Below are positions 1 to 10,396 of a stretch of DNA of 64,000 bases, piece after piece; position 1 is the stretch's first letter, and every line of letters starts with the position of its first letter. This stretch comes from Alphaproteobacteria bacterium (GTDB taxonomy: Bacteria > Pseudomonadota > Alphaproteobacteria > UBA6615). The stretch spans positions 20,291-84,290 of the forward strand of contig JAYQBG010000009.1 of NCBI GenBank assembly GCA_038137215.1, in the 5' to 3' direction. Both the position numbers and the translations under genes were made by a program. Below the pieces are notes generated by a model. That model was not told the origin of the DNA and searched no databases. It saw nothing but the letters and a program-made list of their open reading frames with translations.

Positions 1-1030
1 GGCGGATTTCGTCGGTCGGCTCGATGAAGGTGCGGCCCACATAGTGATTGCGGATCAGTCCCAGTTCAAAGGGGATGCCGGCTTCTGCGGCATATCCGAT
101 GGCAGCGGGGACGCCGCTGTCGGGAACGGGGATTACGAGGTCCGCTTCGATATGACTTTCGCGGGCCAGTTCCGCACCAATGCCCTTTCGGGCTTCATAG
201 ACATTCTTGCCGTCGACGTCGGAGTCCGGCCGGGCGAAGTAGATATATTCGAAGATGCAAAGCCGTTTGCGGACCGGCGGGGAGGGCTTGTAGGAGTGCA
301 GGCCGTCTTCGTCGATGACGATCAGCTCGCCGGGTTCGATATCGCGGATATAGGTGGCGCCGATGATATCGAGCGCACAGGTCTCGGAGGCCAATATCCA
401 GGCGTCTCCGATCTGGCCGAGCACCAGCGGGCGAACACCCAGCGGATCGCGGGCACCGATCAGCTTCCGGCGTGAGAGGGCAACCAGCGAATAGGCACCG
501 TCAATGGCCCGCAGTGCCTCGATAAACCGGTCGAGGAGGCGGGTTTCGCGGCTTGTCGCGATCAGGTGCTGTATGACTTCGGTGTCCATGGTGGACTGGA
601 ACAGCGAACCCATCTGAACCAGTTCACGACGCAGCTGGCGCGCATTGGTCAGATTGCCGTTATGGGCGAGCGCCAGGCCGCCGAAGCTGTAATCGGCATA
701 AAGCGGCTGCACATTGCGCAGCACGGTTTCGCCGGCGGTGGAGTAGCGGTTGTGTCCGATCGCGGAATCGCCCGGCATGGTCTGTATGACTTCGGCATTG
801 CCGAAGATGTCGCCCACGAGGCCCATGGCGCGGTGCGGATGAAAGCGCTTGCCGTCGTAAGACACGATCCCGGCGGCTTCCTGGCCGCGATGCTGGAGTG
901 CATGGAGGCCGAGCGCGGTCAGCGCGGCGGCATCCTCACTGCCATAGACGCCGAACACGCCACATTCCTCGTGGAACTTGTCGTCGTCCTGAACCGGTTG
1001 GAACGGATGAGTTGTTGAATAGTCGGTCAC
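1..1030 (-). CDS. purF: amidophosphoribosyltransferase, N-terminal 343 codons (gene continues beyond window start); GTG start overlapping cvpA stop (GTGA); about 22-aa propeptide precedes catalytic Cys
   Basis: Reverse-strand translation VTDYSTTHPFQPVQDDDKFHEECGVFGVYGSED..GHNRYSTAGE..LAHNGNLTN..VIPVPDSGVPAA (GATase type II Ntn fold plus PRTase start). Absent from ORF track because it begins with GTG and runs off the window. Conserved radA-cvpA-purF order. Confidence 0.8.
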   Translation of the reverse strand, partial: MTDYSTTHPFQPVQDDDKFHEECGVFGVYGSEDAAALTALGLHALQHRGQEAAGIVSYDGKRFHPHRAMGLVGDIFGNAEVIQTMPGDSAIGHNRYSTAGETVLRNVQPLYADYSFGGLALAHNGNLTNARQLRRELVQMGSLFQSTMDTEVIQHLIATSRETRLLDRFIEALRAIDGAYSLVALSRRKLIGARDPLGVRPLVLGQIGDAWILASETCALDIIGATYIRDIEPGELIVIDEDGLHSYKPSPPVRKRLCIFEYIYFARPDSDVDGKNVYEARKGIGAELARESHIEADLVIPVPDSGVPAAIGYAAEAGIPFELGLIRNHYVGRTFIEPTDEIR

Positions 1031-1692
1031 TGGCTTTTCCGGATCAGATCTTCAAGGCCTTCACGCTCGCCTTCCTTATACCCTTCCTGCGCAGGGGGCG
1101 CAGATGTTTCGGGCGGGCGTGTCAGCCGGTCAAGGGCCTTTCGGGCCGCATCAACGTCATTGGCGCGCTGCTGGGCGCGTTGAAGCGCAGAACCTGCTTC
1201 ACCCACGATATCGGGAGGCAGGAGATCGCGCACGAGAAGCGCGCCGCGCTCGACGGCAGGGCGGGTGCGCGCGGTTTCGATCCAGTCCGGGGTATCGTCT
1301 TCCAGCGTGTTGCTCATGAACAGATAGCCGACGCAGATCACGAGCAGGGCCGACACAAGCCCGGCCAGCAGGCCCAGAGACCGGTCGAGGGCATTCAGCC
1401 GCCCCGAGCGGACCCACCCGCTCAGCATGTGGCTGATCAGGTGAAATACGATCAGCGCGATGATGAACAGCGCCGCGCCCGCGACCAGGTCGGCCACCCA
1501 CTCGGGCTGAATGTATTGCGCTGCAAGCGGGGTCGCCTGTTCGAACCCGTAGATGGTGACCAGACCTGCACCAACCCATGACGCCACGAACAAACCGCCA
1601 CGCACGAAGCCCGTAACCAGCCCGAACAATGCACCCAGAAACACGACCGCAAGGACGCCGATATCGAAACCGCTGAAACCTGCTATTTCCAT
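1027..1692 (-). CDS. cvpA: colicin V production / membrane protein CvpA
   Basis: 221 aa, multi-TM, MEIAGFSGFDIGVLAVVFLGALFGLVTGFV..; position between radA and purF. Confidence 0.75.
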   Translation of the reverse strand: MEIAGFSGFDIGVLAVVFLGALFGLVTGFVRGGLFVASWVGAGLVTIYGFEQATPLAAQYIQPEWVADLVAGAALFIIALIVFHLISHMLSGWVRSGRLNALDRSLGLLAGLVSALLVICVGYLFMSNTLEDDTPDWIETARTRPAVERGALLVRDLLPPDIVGEAGSALQRAQQRANDVDAARKALDRLTRPPETSAPPAQEGYKEGEREGLEDLIRKSQ

Positions 1693-1694
1693 GA

Positions 1695-3089
1695 CTAGAC
1701 CGTTGCAACTGCCCGGGGGCGGGCGGACATGTCGAAATGCCCGAACAGATCGCGGAGCTCCGAGATTTCCGAAATCTGCAGGCCATCCGGGCGCTTCTTG
1801 CCGCGTTTGCTGTGCGCGGGGATCAGGGCACGTTCAAAGCCCAGGTTCTTGGCCTCGCGCAGGCGGGCGTCGGGCTGGCCGACCCCGCGCACCTCGCCGC
1901 CCAGGCCGACCTCGCCGAATACGACTGTCCGCGCGGGCAGGGGCTGTTCCAGATGGGCCGATATCAGTGCGGCGGCCACGGCCATATCGGCACCGGGTTC
2001 GCTGATCCGCAGACCGCCGGCGACATTGAGATAGACGTCGTGGGAGCCGAGATTGAGCCCGCAACGCGTCTGTAGGACGGCGATGATCATGGCCAGTCGG
2101 CCGGAATCCCAGCCCACCACCGCACGCCGGGCCGTCCCCAGATCGGTCGGTGCCACAAGCGCCTGAATTTCAACCAGAACCGGGCGTGTCCCTTCGATGC
2201 CGGCAAAGACCGCCGAGCCACTTGTGGTGTCGCTGTGGCCGGCCAGAAAGAGTTCCGATGGGTTGGCGACCTCAGCCAGCCCGGTGTCGGTCATCTCGAA
2301 CACACCGATCTCATCGGTCGCGCCGAAGCGGTTTTTCACCGCGCGCAGCAGGCGGAACTGGTTGGCGCGTTCGCCTTCGAAATAGAGCACCGCATCGACC
2401 ATATGCTCGAGCACACGCGGACCCGCGATGGTACCTTCCTTGGTGACATGGCCAACCAGAATCATGGTCTGTCCGCGCCGCTTGGCGACCCGGATCAGTT
2501 CCTGGGCGCAGGTGCGCACCTGCGCGACCGTGCCCGGTGCCGAATCCAGCGTATCCACATACATGGTCTGGATCGAATCGATGATTGCGACTTCTGCGGT
2601 CTCCGTGGAATCCAGGGCGGCGAGAATATCCCGGATGTTCGTCGCGGCGGCGAGTGAGACCGGCGCATCGGCCAGGCCCAGGCGGCTCGCGCGGAGTCGA
2701 ATCTGGTCGATGGCCTCCTCGCCGGAGATATAGGCGACCGCGGTACCGGACTTGGCGAGCAGGGCAGCGGCCTGCAGCAACAGGGTCGATTTGCCGATGC
2801 CGGGGTCACCGCTCACCAGAAGCGCCGAGCCGGGTACGAACCCGCCACCGCAGACGCGGTCGAGTTCCTTCAGGCCGGTCAGGCGGCGTTCGCGGTTTTC
2901 GGGTGCGCCGTCCAGTGAGGTGAAGGCGACAGGCTTGCCGCCTGCGCGCGAGACCCCCTTGGGCACCGTGGCTTCCGAGGATTCCTCGACGATGGAATTC
3001 CACTCGTTGCAGGAATCGCATTTGCCGGTCCATTTGCCGTGCACGGCTCCGCAGGACTGGCAGACAAATCGATTGGCCGCACGCGCCAT
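1695..3089 (-). CDS. radA: DNA repair protein RadA (Sms)
   Basis: Start taken at internal MARAANRFVCQSCGAVHGKWTGKCDSCNEWNS (C4 zinc finger). Walker A GDPGIGKSTLLLQ, KNRFG motif AVKNRFGATDE, Lon-like C-terminus. ORF track start at 3182 overlaps mlaF and is probably too long. Confidence 0.85.
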   Translation of the reverse strand: MARAANRFVCQSCGAVHGKWTGKCDSCNEWNSIVEESSEATVPKGVSRAGGKPVAFTSLDGAPENRERRLTGLKELDRVCGGGFVPGSALLVSGDPGIGKSTLLLQAAALLAKSGTAVAYISGEEAIDQIRLRASRLGLADAPVSLAAATNIRDILAALDSTETAEVAIIDSIQTMYVDTLDSAPGTVAQVRTCAQELIRVAKRRGQTMILVGHVTKEGTIAGPRVLEHMVDAVLYFEGERANQFRLLRAVKNRFGATDEIGVFEMTDTGLAEVANPSELFLAGHSDTTSGSAVFAGIEGTRPVLVEIQALVAPTDLGTARRAVVGWDSGRLAMIIAVLQTRCGLNLGSHDVYLNVAGGLRISEPGADMAVAAALISAHLEQPLPARTVVFGEVGLGGEVRGVGQPDARLREAKNLGFERALIPAHSKRGKKRPDGLQISEISELRDLFGHFDMSARPRAVATV

Positions 3090-3090
3090 A

Positions 3091-3873
3091 TCAGCTCGCA
3101 ACCCGAAGCTGGATCGGCCCGTCCGGGCGACCGTGAATGAACTGATCGAGCATCTCGTTCCCCGAGTGGTCGATATCGGCAACCGGCCCGTGCCAGATGA
3201 TCCGACCCTCGTAGATCATGGCCACATTGTCGGCGATTCGCCGTGCGCTCGCCATGTCATGTGTAATCGTGAGCGCCGTTGCCCCCAGTTCGCGGACCGA
3301 CCGCACGATCAGGTCATCGATCACGCTTCCCATGATCGGGTCGAGGCCGGTGGTCGGTTCGTCGAAGAACAGAATCTCGGGTCTTGTGGCAATGGCACGG
3401 GCCAGGCCGGCGCGTTTCTGCATGCCGCCCGACAGTTCGGCGGGGGAACGATCCGCGATATCGGTGTCGAGACCCACCTGGATCATGGCCTCCAGTGAAA
3501 GTTTCCGGGCCTCGCGGCGGTTCATGCCCTGGCTTTCCATCAGCCCGAAGGCCACGTTTTCCCAGACGGTCAGGCTGTCGAACAGGGCTGCGCCCTGGAA
3601 CAGCATCCCGAATTTGCGAGTAACGCGTTCGCGCTCATGCGATGCCATGTGCACCTCTTCCTCACCATCGATCCGGATGGAACCGGAATCCGGTTCCATC
3701 AAACCGATCAGGTTCTTGATCAGGACCGACTTGCCGGTACCCGATCCCCCGATCACCGCGAGAGATTCGCCGGCTGCCACCGTCAGATTGACGCCGCGCA
3801 GCACATGTTTGGGCCCGAAGGATTTGTGCAGGTCCCGGACCTCGATTTTTGCCGTGTCGGTATCCGTCGTCAT
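3091..3873 (-). CDS. mlaF: ABC transporter ATP-binding protein, MlaF/Ttg2A-like (phospholipid transport)
   Basis: 260 aa; Walker A GGSGTGKS, signature LSGGMQKRAGLARA, Walker B ILFFDEPTTGLD; 4-nt overlap with upstream permease. Confidence 0.7.
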   Translation of the reverse strand: MTTDTDTAKIEVRDLHKSFGPKHVLRGVNLTVAAGESLAVIGGSGTGKSVLIKNLIGLMEPDSGSIRIDGEEEVHMASHERERVTRKFGMLFQGAALFDSLTVWENVAFGLMESQGMNRREARKLSLEAMIQVGLDTDIADRSPAELSGGMQKRAGLARAIATRPEILFFDEPTTGLDPIMGSVIDDLIVRSVRELGATALTITHDMASARRIADNVAMIYEGRIIWHGPVADIDHSGNEMLDQFIHGRPDGPIQLRVAS

Positions 3874-4640
3874 GCGGCGAAGAAGAGCGCGGTGATGATG
3901 AAGTTGAACAACAGCAGCAGGATCGAGGCCGAAACCACGGCATTTGTGGTTGCCTGACCCACGCCCTGGGCGCCGCCCTTGGAATTGTAGCCGTGATAGG
4001 TCCCCATCAACGCGACGATGAAGCCAAAGACGGCGGCCTTGACCTGGCCCGAGACGAAGCCCTGGGTGTCGAGGCTGTCCCAGGTGCTCTTGAGATAGGT
4101 CGTCGGATTGAACCCGAAATCGAGGACCGACACGATAAACCCACCGAGCACGCCGATCACATCGGCGACAAGCACGAGCAATGGCAGCATGGCCACAGCC
4201 GCGATCAGGCGCGGCGCGACGAGATACTTGAAGGGGTTGGTCGAAAGTGTGGTCAGGGCGTCGATTTGCTCGGTGACCCGCATGGTGCCGATCTCAGCAG
4301 CCATCGCCGCGCCGATCCGTCCCGCCACCATGAGGCCCGCCAGCACCGGGCCCAGCTCGCGGGTGATGCCCCAGACGACCACATTGGCGATGGCTGCTTC
4401 CCCGGCAAAGGCAAAGCCGCTGAAACTCTGGAGCGCCAGCACCATGCCGGTGAAAATGGCCGTCAGGCCCACAACCGGAAGCGAGTAGTAACCGATCTCG
4501 ACCATCTGGCGGAGAATCAGCCGCGGATACCAGGGCGGGCGCACGCTGTGATACAGCCCGTTGCCGGCAAATACCGAGATGCGGCCGATCACGGCAAAGG
4601 TGGCAATCGTGCCCCGTCCGATGGCGCGTAGAAACCGCAT
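3870..4640 (-). CDS. mlaE: ABC transporter permease, MlaE-like
   Basis: 256 aa polytopic membrane protein; ..MVEIGYYSLPVVGLTAIFTGMVLALQS..TEQIDALTTLSTNPFKYLVAPRL.. is typical of MlaE/Ttg2B. Confidence 0.7.
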   Translation of the reverse strand: MRFLRAIGRGTIATFAVIGRISVFAGNGLYHSVRPPWYPRLILRQMVEIGYYSLPVVGLTAIFTGMVLALQSFSGFAFAGEAAIANVVVWGITRELGPVLAGLMVAGRIGAAMAAEIGTMRVTEQIDALTTLSTNPFKYLVAPRLIAAVAMLPLLVLVADVIGVLGGFIVSVLDFGFNPTTYLKSTWDSLDTQGFVSGQVKAAVFGFIVALMGTYHGYNSKGGAQGVGQATTNAVVSASILLLLFNFIITALFFAA

Positions 4641-4642
4641 TG

Positions 4643-5782
4643 TCAGGACTGACCGCCTTTGTAGATCCGGTTCAGGCGATTGCCCAAACCTGTCAGGATT
4701 TCATACCCGATTGTTCCTGCTGACGTGGCGAGTTCGTCGGGCGTGACATGGGGACCGAGCAATTCGACCGGTTGCCCGGCGACAGCAAATTCGTCGGGCA
4801 GTTCGGTGATGTCGAGTGTGATCAAATCCATGGAGACCCGTCCAAACAAGGGCACGTTGTAACCGGCGATGCTGGCGTGCATCCGGCCGCCGGTTCTGCT
4901 TACCGCCGCGCGCGGATACCCATCGGCATATCCCGCCGCCACGGTGGCGATTCGAGTCGGTTTTTCAACGCGATGCGCGGCACCGTATCCAACGGTCATG
5001 GGGGTGTCAACGTTCCGCACTTGCAGAACTTTTGCATTAATTTCAATAACTTGGCGCAGGGGGTTGGGTCGCTCGAGACTCGGTGAGATGCCATAGAGAG
5101 CTGCGCCGGGGCGGGTCAGATCGAAATGGAAATCCGGCCCCAGAAAGATGCCCGGAGAGTTTGCGAGGCTTGCCCGCAGCGGACCCATGAGGCTCTCGAC
5201 ACGGTCCCGAAGCGCCCGGAAGCGATCAAGCTGTTTCCGGTTCATCTCGTGTTCAGGCGTGTCGGCACAGGCCAGATGGCTCATGACCGTCGAGATTTCG
5301 ATGCCCCGGAGCCGCGCGGGGTCCGCGACGAGAACATCGATATCGGAGCTGTCCAGTCCCAGCCGGTTCATGCCGGTATCCAGATGGAGATAGGCGGGAG
5401 CGACGTCCCCGGCAGGGCGATCCTGCCATAGCTTGATTTGCTCCAGGCTGTTGAGTGCCGGCGTCAGGCCGGCCTCCAGAAACAGACCGGCCTCATCCCG
5501 GCCCGGTCCGTTCAGGACCACGATCTCGGCGTCGGGCAAAATCTCGCGGAGCTGTTGTCCCTCATCGGGTGTTGCGACAAAGAAAATACGGCATCCCTGC
5601 TGCGCGAGCAGGCGCGCGACCGGGGCCAGTCCGAGCCCGTAGGCATCGGCCTTTACCGAGGCACCGATTTCGGCGTGGGGACATGAGCCCTGCAGCAGTT
5701 GGTAATTCCGCGCGATCGCATCCAGATCGACGATCAGTGTGGCGCCGGTCTCGCCGGGGATCGTGCTATTGCCCGCAACCAA
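4643..5782 (-). CDS. alr: alanine racemase
   Basis: PLP-Lys motif ASVKADAYGLG, ..LIVDLDAIARNY.. N-terminus. The track ORF starts inside dnaB. I place the start at TTG 5782, 4 nt after the dnaB stop (about 379 aa). The start codon is uncertain. Confidence 0.75.
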   Translation of the reverse strand: MVAGNSTIPGETGATLIVDLDAIARNYQLLQGSCPHAEIGASVKADAYGLGLAPVARLLAQQGCRIFFVATPDEGQQLREILPDAEIVVLNGPGRDEAGLFLEAGLTPALNSLEQIKLWQDRPAGDVAPAYLHLDTGMNRLGLDSSDIDVLVADPARLRGIEISTVMSHLACADTPEHEMNRKQLDRFRALRDRVESLMGPLRASLANSPGIFLGPDFHFDLTRPGAALYGISPSLERPNPLRQVIEINAKVLQVRNVDTPMTVGYGAAHRVEKPTRIATVAAGYADGYPRAAVSRTGGRMHASIAGYNVPLFGRVSMDLITLDITELPDEFAVAGQPVELLGPHVTPDELATSAGTIGYEILTGLGNRLNRIYKGGQS

Positions 5783-5786
5783 GGCT

Positions 5787-7337
5787 CTAGAACCGTTCCT
5801 CGGGCAGGTAGGTGTCGGCCTTGAGGTCCGCGAACTGGGTGAAGTCGCCGTTGAACTGCAGCGTGACGGTACCGATCGGGCCGTGGCGCTGTTTGGCAAC
5901 GATCACTTCGGCCTTGTTGCGGCACTGCTCGAGCAACTCGTTGAAACGGGTTTCCCGCTCCAGATAGGTTTCCTGTTTCTCGTTGTCGCGCGGCGTCGGG
6001 CGTTCACGTTCCTTGTAGTACTCTTCGCGATAGATGAACGAGACGACATCGGCGTCCTGTTCGATCGAGCCCGATTCACGCAGATCGGAAAGCTGCGGGC
6101 GCTTGTCCTCGCGTTGCTCGACCGCACGCGAAAGCTGACTGAGCGCGATGACCGGCACGTTCAGCTCCTTGGCCAGAGCCTTCAGGCCCCGCGTGATCTG
6201 TGAGACCTCCTGCACCCGATTGTCCCCGCGGCTGTTGGCCGGCGGATTGATGAGCTGCAGGTAATCGACAATGATCAGGCTCAGCCCGTGCTGGCGTTTG
6301 AGACGGCGCGAACGGGTCCGGATCTGCGAGATCGTCAAAGCCGGCGTGTCGTCGATGAAGAGCTTCAGGCTGTGCAGTGCCTGGGCCACCGCGAAGACGC
6401 GGTTGTATTCTTCCTCGCGCACATCCCCGCGCCGAATCGAGTCCGAACGTACATGGGCCTGTTCGGACAGGATACGCGTGGCAAGCTGTTCGGCCGACAT
6501 TTCCAGCGAAAAGAAAGCCACGCTCTCGGATTGCTCGATATCGGTGCCGTCGGGGCCTTCGACCAGCTTTTTCGACGATGCCGCGTTATAGGCAATGTTG
6601 GTCGCGAATGCGGTTTTGCCCATCGACGGACGTCCGGCAATGATTACGAGGTCGGATTCGTGCAACCCGCCGAGAAGGTTGTCCACGTCGGTGAACCCGG
6701 TCGGTACCCCGACCAGTTCGCCGTCGCGCTTGTAGGCGGCGGCGGCCATGTCGATGGCGCCGGTGACCGCGCTCTTGAAATCCCGGAATCCGGTTTCGGC
6801 GGAACCCTGTTCGGCGAGCTGGAACAGCATTTCCTCGGCGCGCTCGATCTGCTGCGGGGCGGGCGCATCGATCTCGTATTCATAGGCCGCATTGACCACA
6901 TGGTCGCCGATATCGATCAGCTCCCGGCGCAGAAAGCAGTCGTAGATTTCCTTGCCGAGATCGCCGGCGTTCTGAATTGTGATCACCGCGTTGGCGAGTT
7001 CGGCAATATAGGCCTGACCGCCGATGGCCTGCAGGTCTTCGTCATCCTTGAAGTAGTTCTTCAGGGTGACCGGATCGGCAATCTGGCCGCGCTCGATCAG
7101 ATGGGCGCAGGCTTCATAGACACGCCCATGGGCCGGATCGGCGAAATGTTCGGCGAGCAGGAATTCCTGGACCCGCTCGAAAGAGCGATTGTTCACCAGA
7201 ATCGCGCCGAGCAGCGCCATTTCAGCTTCGAAGTTATGGGGCGGAGAGCGGAATCCCGGTACGTTTTCATCTCCATGAAGAGGAGTCACGTTGGCGGTTT
7301 CATCGGCCATCTGGTCTGTCATATCGCTTGTGGTCAT
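5787..7337 (-). CDS. dnaB: replicative DNA helicase DnaB
   Basis: 516 aa; N-terminal FEAEMALLGAILVNN, Walker A GRPSMGKTAF, RecA-like C-terminal domain. Confidence 0.9.
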   Translation of the reverse strand: MTTSDMTDQMADETANVTPLHGDENVPGFRSPPHNFEAEMALLGAILVNNRSFERVQEFLLAEHFADPAHGRVYEACAHLIERGQIADPVTLKNYFKDDEDLQAIGGQAYIAELANAVITIQNAGDLGKEIYDCFLRRELIDIGDHVVNAAYEYEIDAPAPQQIERAEEMLFQLAEQGSAETGFRDFKSAVTGAIDMAAAAYKRDGELVGVPTGFTDVDNLLGGLHESDLVIIAGRPSMGKTAFATNIAYNAASSKKLVEGPDGTDIEQSESVAFFSLEMSAEQLATRILSEQAHVRSDSIRRGDVREEEYNRVFAVAQALHSLKLFIDDTPALTISQIRTRSRRLKRQHGLSLIIVDYLQLINPPANSRGDNRVQEVSQITRGLKALAKELNVPVIALSQLSRAVEQREDKRPQLSDLRESGSIEQDADVVSFIYREEYYKERERPTPRDNEKQETYLERETRFNELLEQCRNKAEVIVAKQRHGPIGTVTLQFNGDFTQFADLKADTYLPEERF

Positions 7338-7536
7338 GGGCGCACCCTAGTGGTGTCATCTTTTCGACAGTCTAGCCTTGTTCGGTGAGTCTGGAGGAAC
7401 ATGGGGAAAACCCCGGCTGAATTCCGCTTGCAAGCTTGCGAAATATCGTGACCCGCCTTTTTCCGGCTGACTTTCCGAAACAACATGCAGGACTATATTG
7501 TCCAAAATCAGGCACTTGATCATGGGGGAACAAAAT

Positions 7537-8520
7537 ATGCGCGCAGTTTGGCATTCGAAATTCGGTCCGGCGACGGAGGTTTTCGAGATCGGCGAATATG
7601 AAACACCCGAGGCCGCCGAGGGGCAGGTCCTCGTGCGTGTTCACGCTTCGGGGATCAACCCACTGGACGTCAAGGGACGCAACGGTGGTCGCTGGCCGAT
7701 GCGCGGCGATCGCATGATCCCCCATTTTGATGGCGCCGGGGTGATCGAGGCGGTTGGCGCCGGCGTGGATGCCGGACGCATCGGAGAGCGGGTCTGGCTC
7801 TATGAGGGGCAACTGGGCCGGGCCGAAGGCACGGCGGCAAAATACATCGCCCTCGATGCCTCGCGGGCCAATCCTTTGCCCGAAAGTCAGAGTTTCTCCG
7901 AGGGAGCCTGTCTTGGCATTCCGGCCATGACGGCGCATGCGGCGGTGTATCGGGACGGAGCAGTCGAGGGACAAACCATTCTGGTGACCGGTGCGGCCGG
8001 CGCGGTCGGCAACTATGCTGTCCAGATGGCCCGCAATGGCGGTGCGACGGTGATCGGCACGGTCAGCTCTGATGAAAAAGCTGCCCGCGCACGCGAAGAC
8101 GGCGCTACCTACACAATCAACTACAAGACCGAGGACGTCGCCGAACGGGTTCTGGAACTCACCGGCGGTAAGGGTGTGGACCGGGTGGTCGAGGTCGAGC
8201 TTGGCGGCAATATCGGCGTCACCGCCAAGGTGCTGAAAACCGGTGCGGTCATCGCTGCCTATGCCTCCATGGCCGAACCGGTTGTGCCGTTCCCGTTCTA
8301 TCCGGTGCTGATGAAGTCACCGACGCTTCACATCATCGGCTGTTTCACGATGCCGGAGGCCTTCAAACAGCAGAGTGTGGTGGATATTTCGCGTTGGATG
8401 GCCGAGGGCAAGCTGACCAATCGTGTGGCCGCCGAATTCCCGCTGGAGGAGATCGGTCAGGCACACGTGATGGTTGAAGACGGCCGCCAGGTCGGGACCG
8501 TGGTGGTGCTGCCGGGTTAA
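7537..8520 (+). CDS. NADPH:quinone oxidoreductase / zinc-type alcohol dehydrogenase superfamily (MDR), paralog 1
   Basis: MRAVWHSKFGP..VLVRVHASGINPLDVKGR..LVTGAAGAVGNYAVQMA (Rossmann GxGxxG); GGGGAA SD 8 nt upstream of this ATG. Paralogous to 44135..45118. Confidence 0.75.
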   Translation: MRAVWHSKFGPATEVFEIGEYETPEAAEGQVLVRVHASGINPLDVKGRNGGRWPMRGDRMIPHFDGAGVIEAVGAGVDAGRIGERVWLYEGQLGRAEGTAAKYIALDASRANPLPESQSFSEGACLGIPAMTAHAAVYRDGAVEGQTILVTGAAGAVGNYAVQMARNGGATVIGTVSSDEKAARAREDGATYTINYKTEDVAERVLELTGGKGVDRVVEVELGGNIGVTAKVLKTGAVIAAYASMAEPVVPFPFYPVLMKSPTLHIIGCFTMPEAFKQQSVVDISRWMAEGKLTNRVAAEFPLEEIGQAHVMVEDGRQVGTVVVLPG

Positions 8521-8550
8521 CGGGTTGGCCTTTGTTCTCGCGGTCGTCTG

Positions 8551-9042
8551 CTAGTTGAGGCGAACACCGCTCTCCGCATCGAACAGGTGGCAGTTCTCAG
8601 GCTCGAATTCGAAGGTCAGCCTGTCGTCGGCACGGAACTCGAGGTCCGGGTCCACTTTGGCGACCAGCCGGTCGGCATTGCCAAACTCGAAGAAGACGAG
8701 CGAGGCGTCTCCCAGCGGTTCGACAATGCGCACCTCACCCGCGTTTGGACCGCTGTTGACCCGCACATGCTCGGAACGGATCCCAAGCACGACCTTGCGC
8801 CCGGCGAGGACGGAAGGTGTGTCATCGCCAAGCGGCGCGCGAATGGCGTCGTTGGCGAAGACCATGCCGTCGTCTGTCGCTGCGGCCTCGCTGACCACCG
8901 TCTGGGTCACAAGCGGGTGGCCGTGGAAGCCGAACATGCCGCTGTTACTGACGAGTTTGACCTTGAGTTGATGACGCTCTGCCACCCGGACGATTTCGTC
9001 CTTCACCGGGCAGGCGTCTGCATCGACATAAATTTCAGGCAC
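8551..9042 (-). CDS. chimeric/remnant ORF: DUF188 (YaiI/YqxD-like) N-terminus fused to MalK/UgpC-type TOBE regulatory domain
   Basis: GTG start; N-term [31 protein letters not shown] resembles YaiI family ([10 protein letters not shown]..). C-term ..[59 protein letters not shown] resembles the C-terminal domain of sugar ABC ATPases. There is no ATPase domain. Confidence 0.45.
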   Translation of the reverse strand: MPEIYVDADACPVKDEIVRVAERHQLKVKLVSNSGMFGFHGHPLVTQTVVSEAAATDDGMVFANDAIRAPLGDDTPSVLAGRKVVLGIRSEHVRVNSGPNAGEVRIVEPLGDASLVFFEFGNADRLVAKVDPDLEFRADDRLTFEFEPENCHLFDAESGVRLN

Positions 9043-9079
9043 GACTGTTTCCGGACTAAACAGGGGATGCGGAGATGTT

Positions 9080-10312
9080 CTATTCCGCCGCTTTGCTGTT
9101 GTCGCGCATCATATCGCGGTCCCAGTCCGTGATGTAGTCGCGGGTCAGGGGGACGGCATCCTGCCGTTTTGCGATCTGGATCTGGAAGACCATCTGACCC
9201 ATGCGCCGGAAGGCAATCTCACAGCCGATCAGGTAGAACTCCCACATGCGGCAGAAGCGTTCATCATAGAGTTGAAGAGCCTGCTCACGCTGTTCCATGA
9301 AGCGTTCGTACCAGAGGTGCAGCGTGTCGGCATAGTGCAGGCGCAAAATCTCGATATCGGTCACCCAGAGCCCGGCCTTTTCGATTGCCGCCAGGGTCTC
9401 GGAGAGCGCCGGGGTGTAGCCGCCGGGGAAGATGTATTTCCGCAGCCACGAGTTGGTCGTTCCGGGCGGTTCCATCCGGCCGATGGAGTGCAGCAGGAAG
9501 ACCCCGTCATCCTTGAGAAGCTGGCGTACCTTGTCGAAATACTCCTGATAGTGCACCGCGCCGACATGCTCGAACATGCCCACTGAAGCGATCCGGTCAT
9601 ATGTTTCCGGCTCGTCGCGATAATCCTGAAGTTTGAAGCGGACCTGATCGGAAAGTCCGGCGTCGCGTGCACGCCGTTCGCTGACCTTGTGCTGTTCGCG
9701 GGACAGCGTCACGCCGGTCACATCGGCGCCGGTTTCCTGCGCCAGATAGAGGCCCATACCGCCCCAGCCCGAACCGATATCGAGAACCTTCATCCCGGGT
9801 TCGCGCAGCAGCAGCTTGGCCGCGATGTGCCGTTTCTTGTCGTGTTGGGCGCGTTCGAGATCGTTGTGGGTGCCGTCGAAATACGCACAGGAATACTGTC
9901 GGTCGCTGTCCAGGAAGAGATCGTAAAGATCGTCGGAGAGATCGTAGTGATGAGCGACGTTCTTCTGCGCCTTGCCGATCGGATTGTACTGCTGGAGGCG
10001 CCGGAACATCCGGCTTACGCTCGCGCTGAAATCCGACAGCCAGTGGTGCTCGAACGACTCGATGTTGCGACCGATCAGGTCGATCAGATCGAACAGCGAC
10101 CCTTCTTCGATTGTTAGGGTCCCGTCCATATAGGCTTCGCCGACGGCAAGCCTGGGGTGCAGCAGCAGCCGCCGCTCTGTTGCGCGGGTGTGAAGCCGAA
10201 TGGCAACTTCAGGCGCGGCTCCATTGCCGAATTTGTATGACTGACCGCGCGCATCGATGAGGGCCAGGTCACCCTCTACAATGACGGCGTCGAGAAACCG
10301 AGCCAAAAGCAT
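9080..10312 (-). CDS. cfa: cyclopropane-fatty-acyl-phospholipid synthase
   Basis: 410 aa; SAM-binding [16 protein letters not shown], ..[18 protein letters not shown].. CFA synthase signature. Confidence 0.85.
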   Translation of the reverse strand: MLLARFLDAVIVEGDLALIDARGQSYKFGNGAAPEVAIRLHTRATERRLLLHPRLAVGEAYMDGTLTIEEGSLFDLIDLIGRNIESFEHHWLSDFSASVSRMFRRLQQYNPIGKAQKNVAHHYDLSDDLYDLFLDSDRQYSCAYFDGTHNDLERAQHDKKRHIAAKLLLREPGMKVLDIGSGWGGMGLYLAQETGADVTGVTLSREQHKVSERRARDAGLSDQVRFKLQDYRDEPETYDRIASVGMFEHVGAVHYQEYFDKVRQLLKDDGVFLLHSIGRMEPPGTTNSWLRKYIFPGGYTPALSETLAAIEKAGLWVTDIEILRLHYADTLHLWYERFMEQREQALQLYDERFCRMWEFYLIGCEIAFRRMGQMVFQIQIAKRQDAVPLTRDYITDWDRDMMRDNSKAAE

Positions 10313-10396
10313 CGCTTCCCCCGTGTTGCAATTGCGTTACGTCATCGGGGTAAAAGCTAGCAAAACTCTTTCAAACGGGCAAAACCGATTTCACGA

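Noticed and set aside
7338-7536. Possible small gene or sRNA in the dnaB/qor divergent gap (16-codon ORF after a GGAGGAAC SD)
   Set aside because: The ORF is only 16 codons. No structure or conservation is visible. It is treated as a promoter region.
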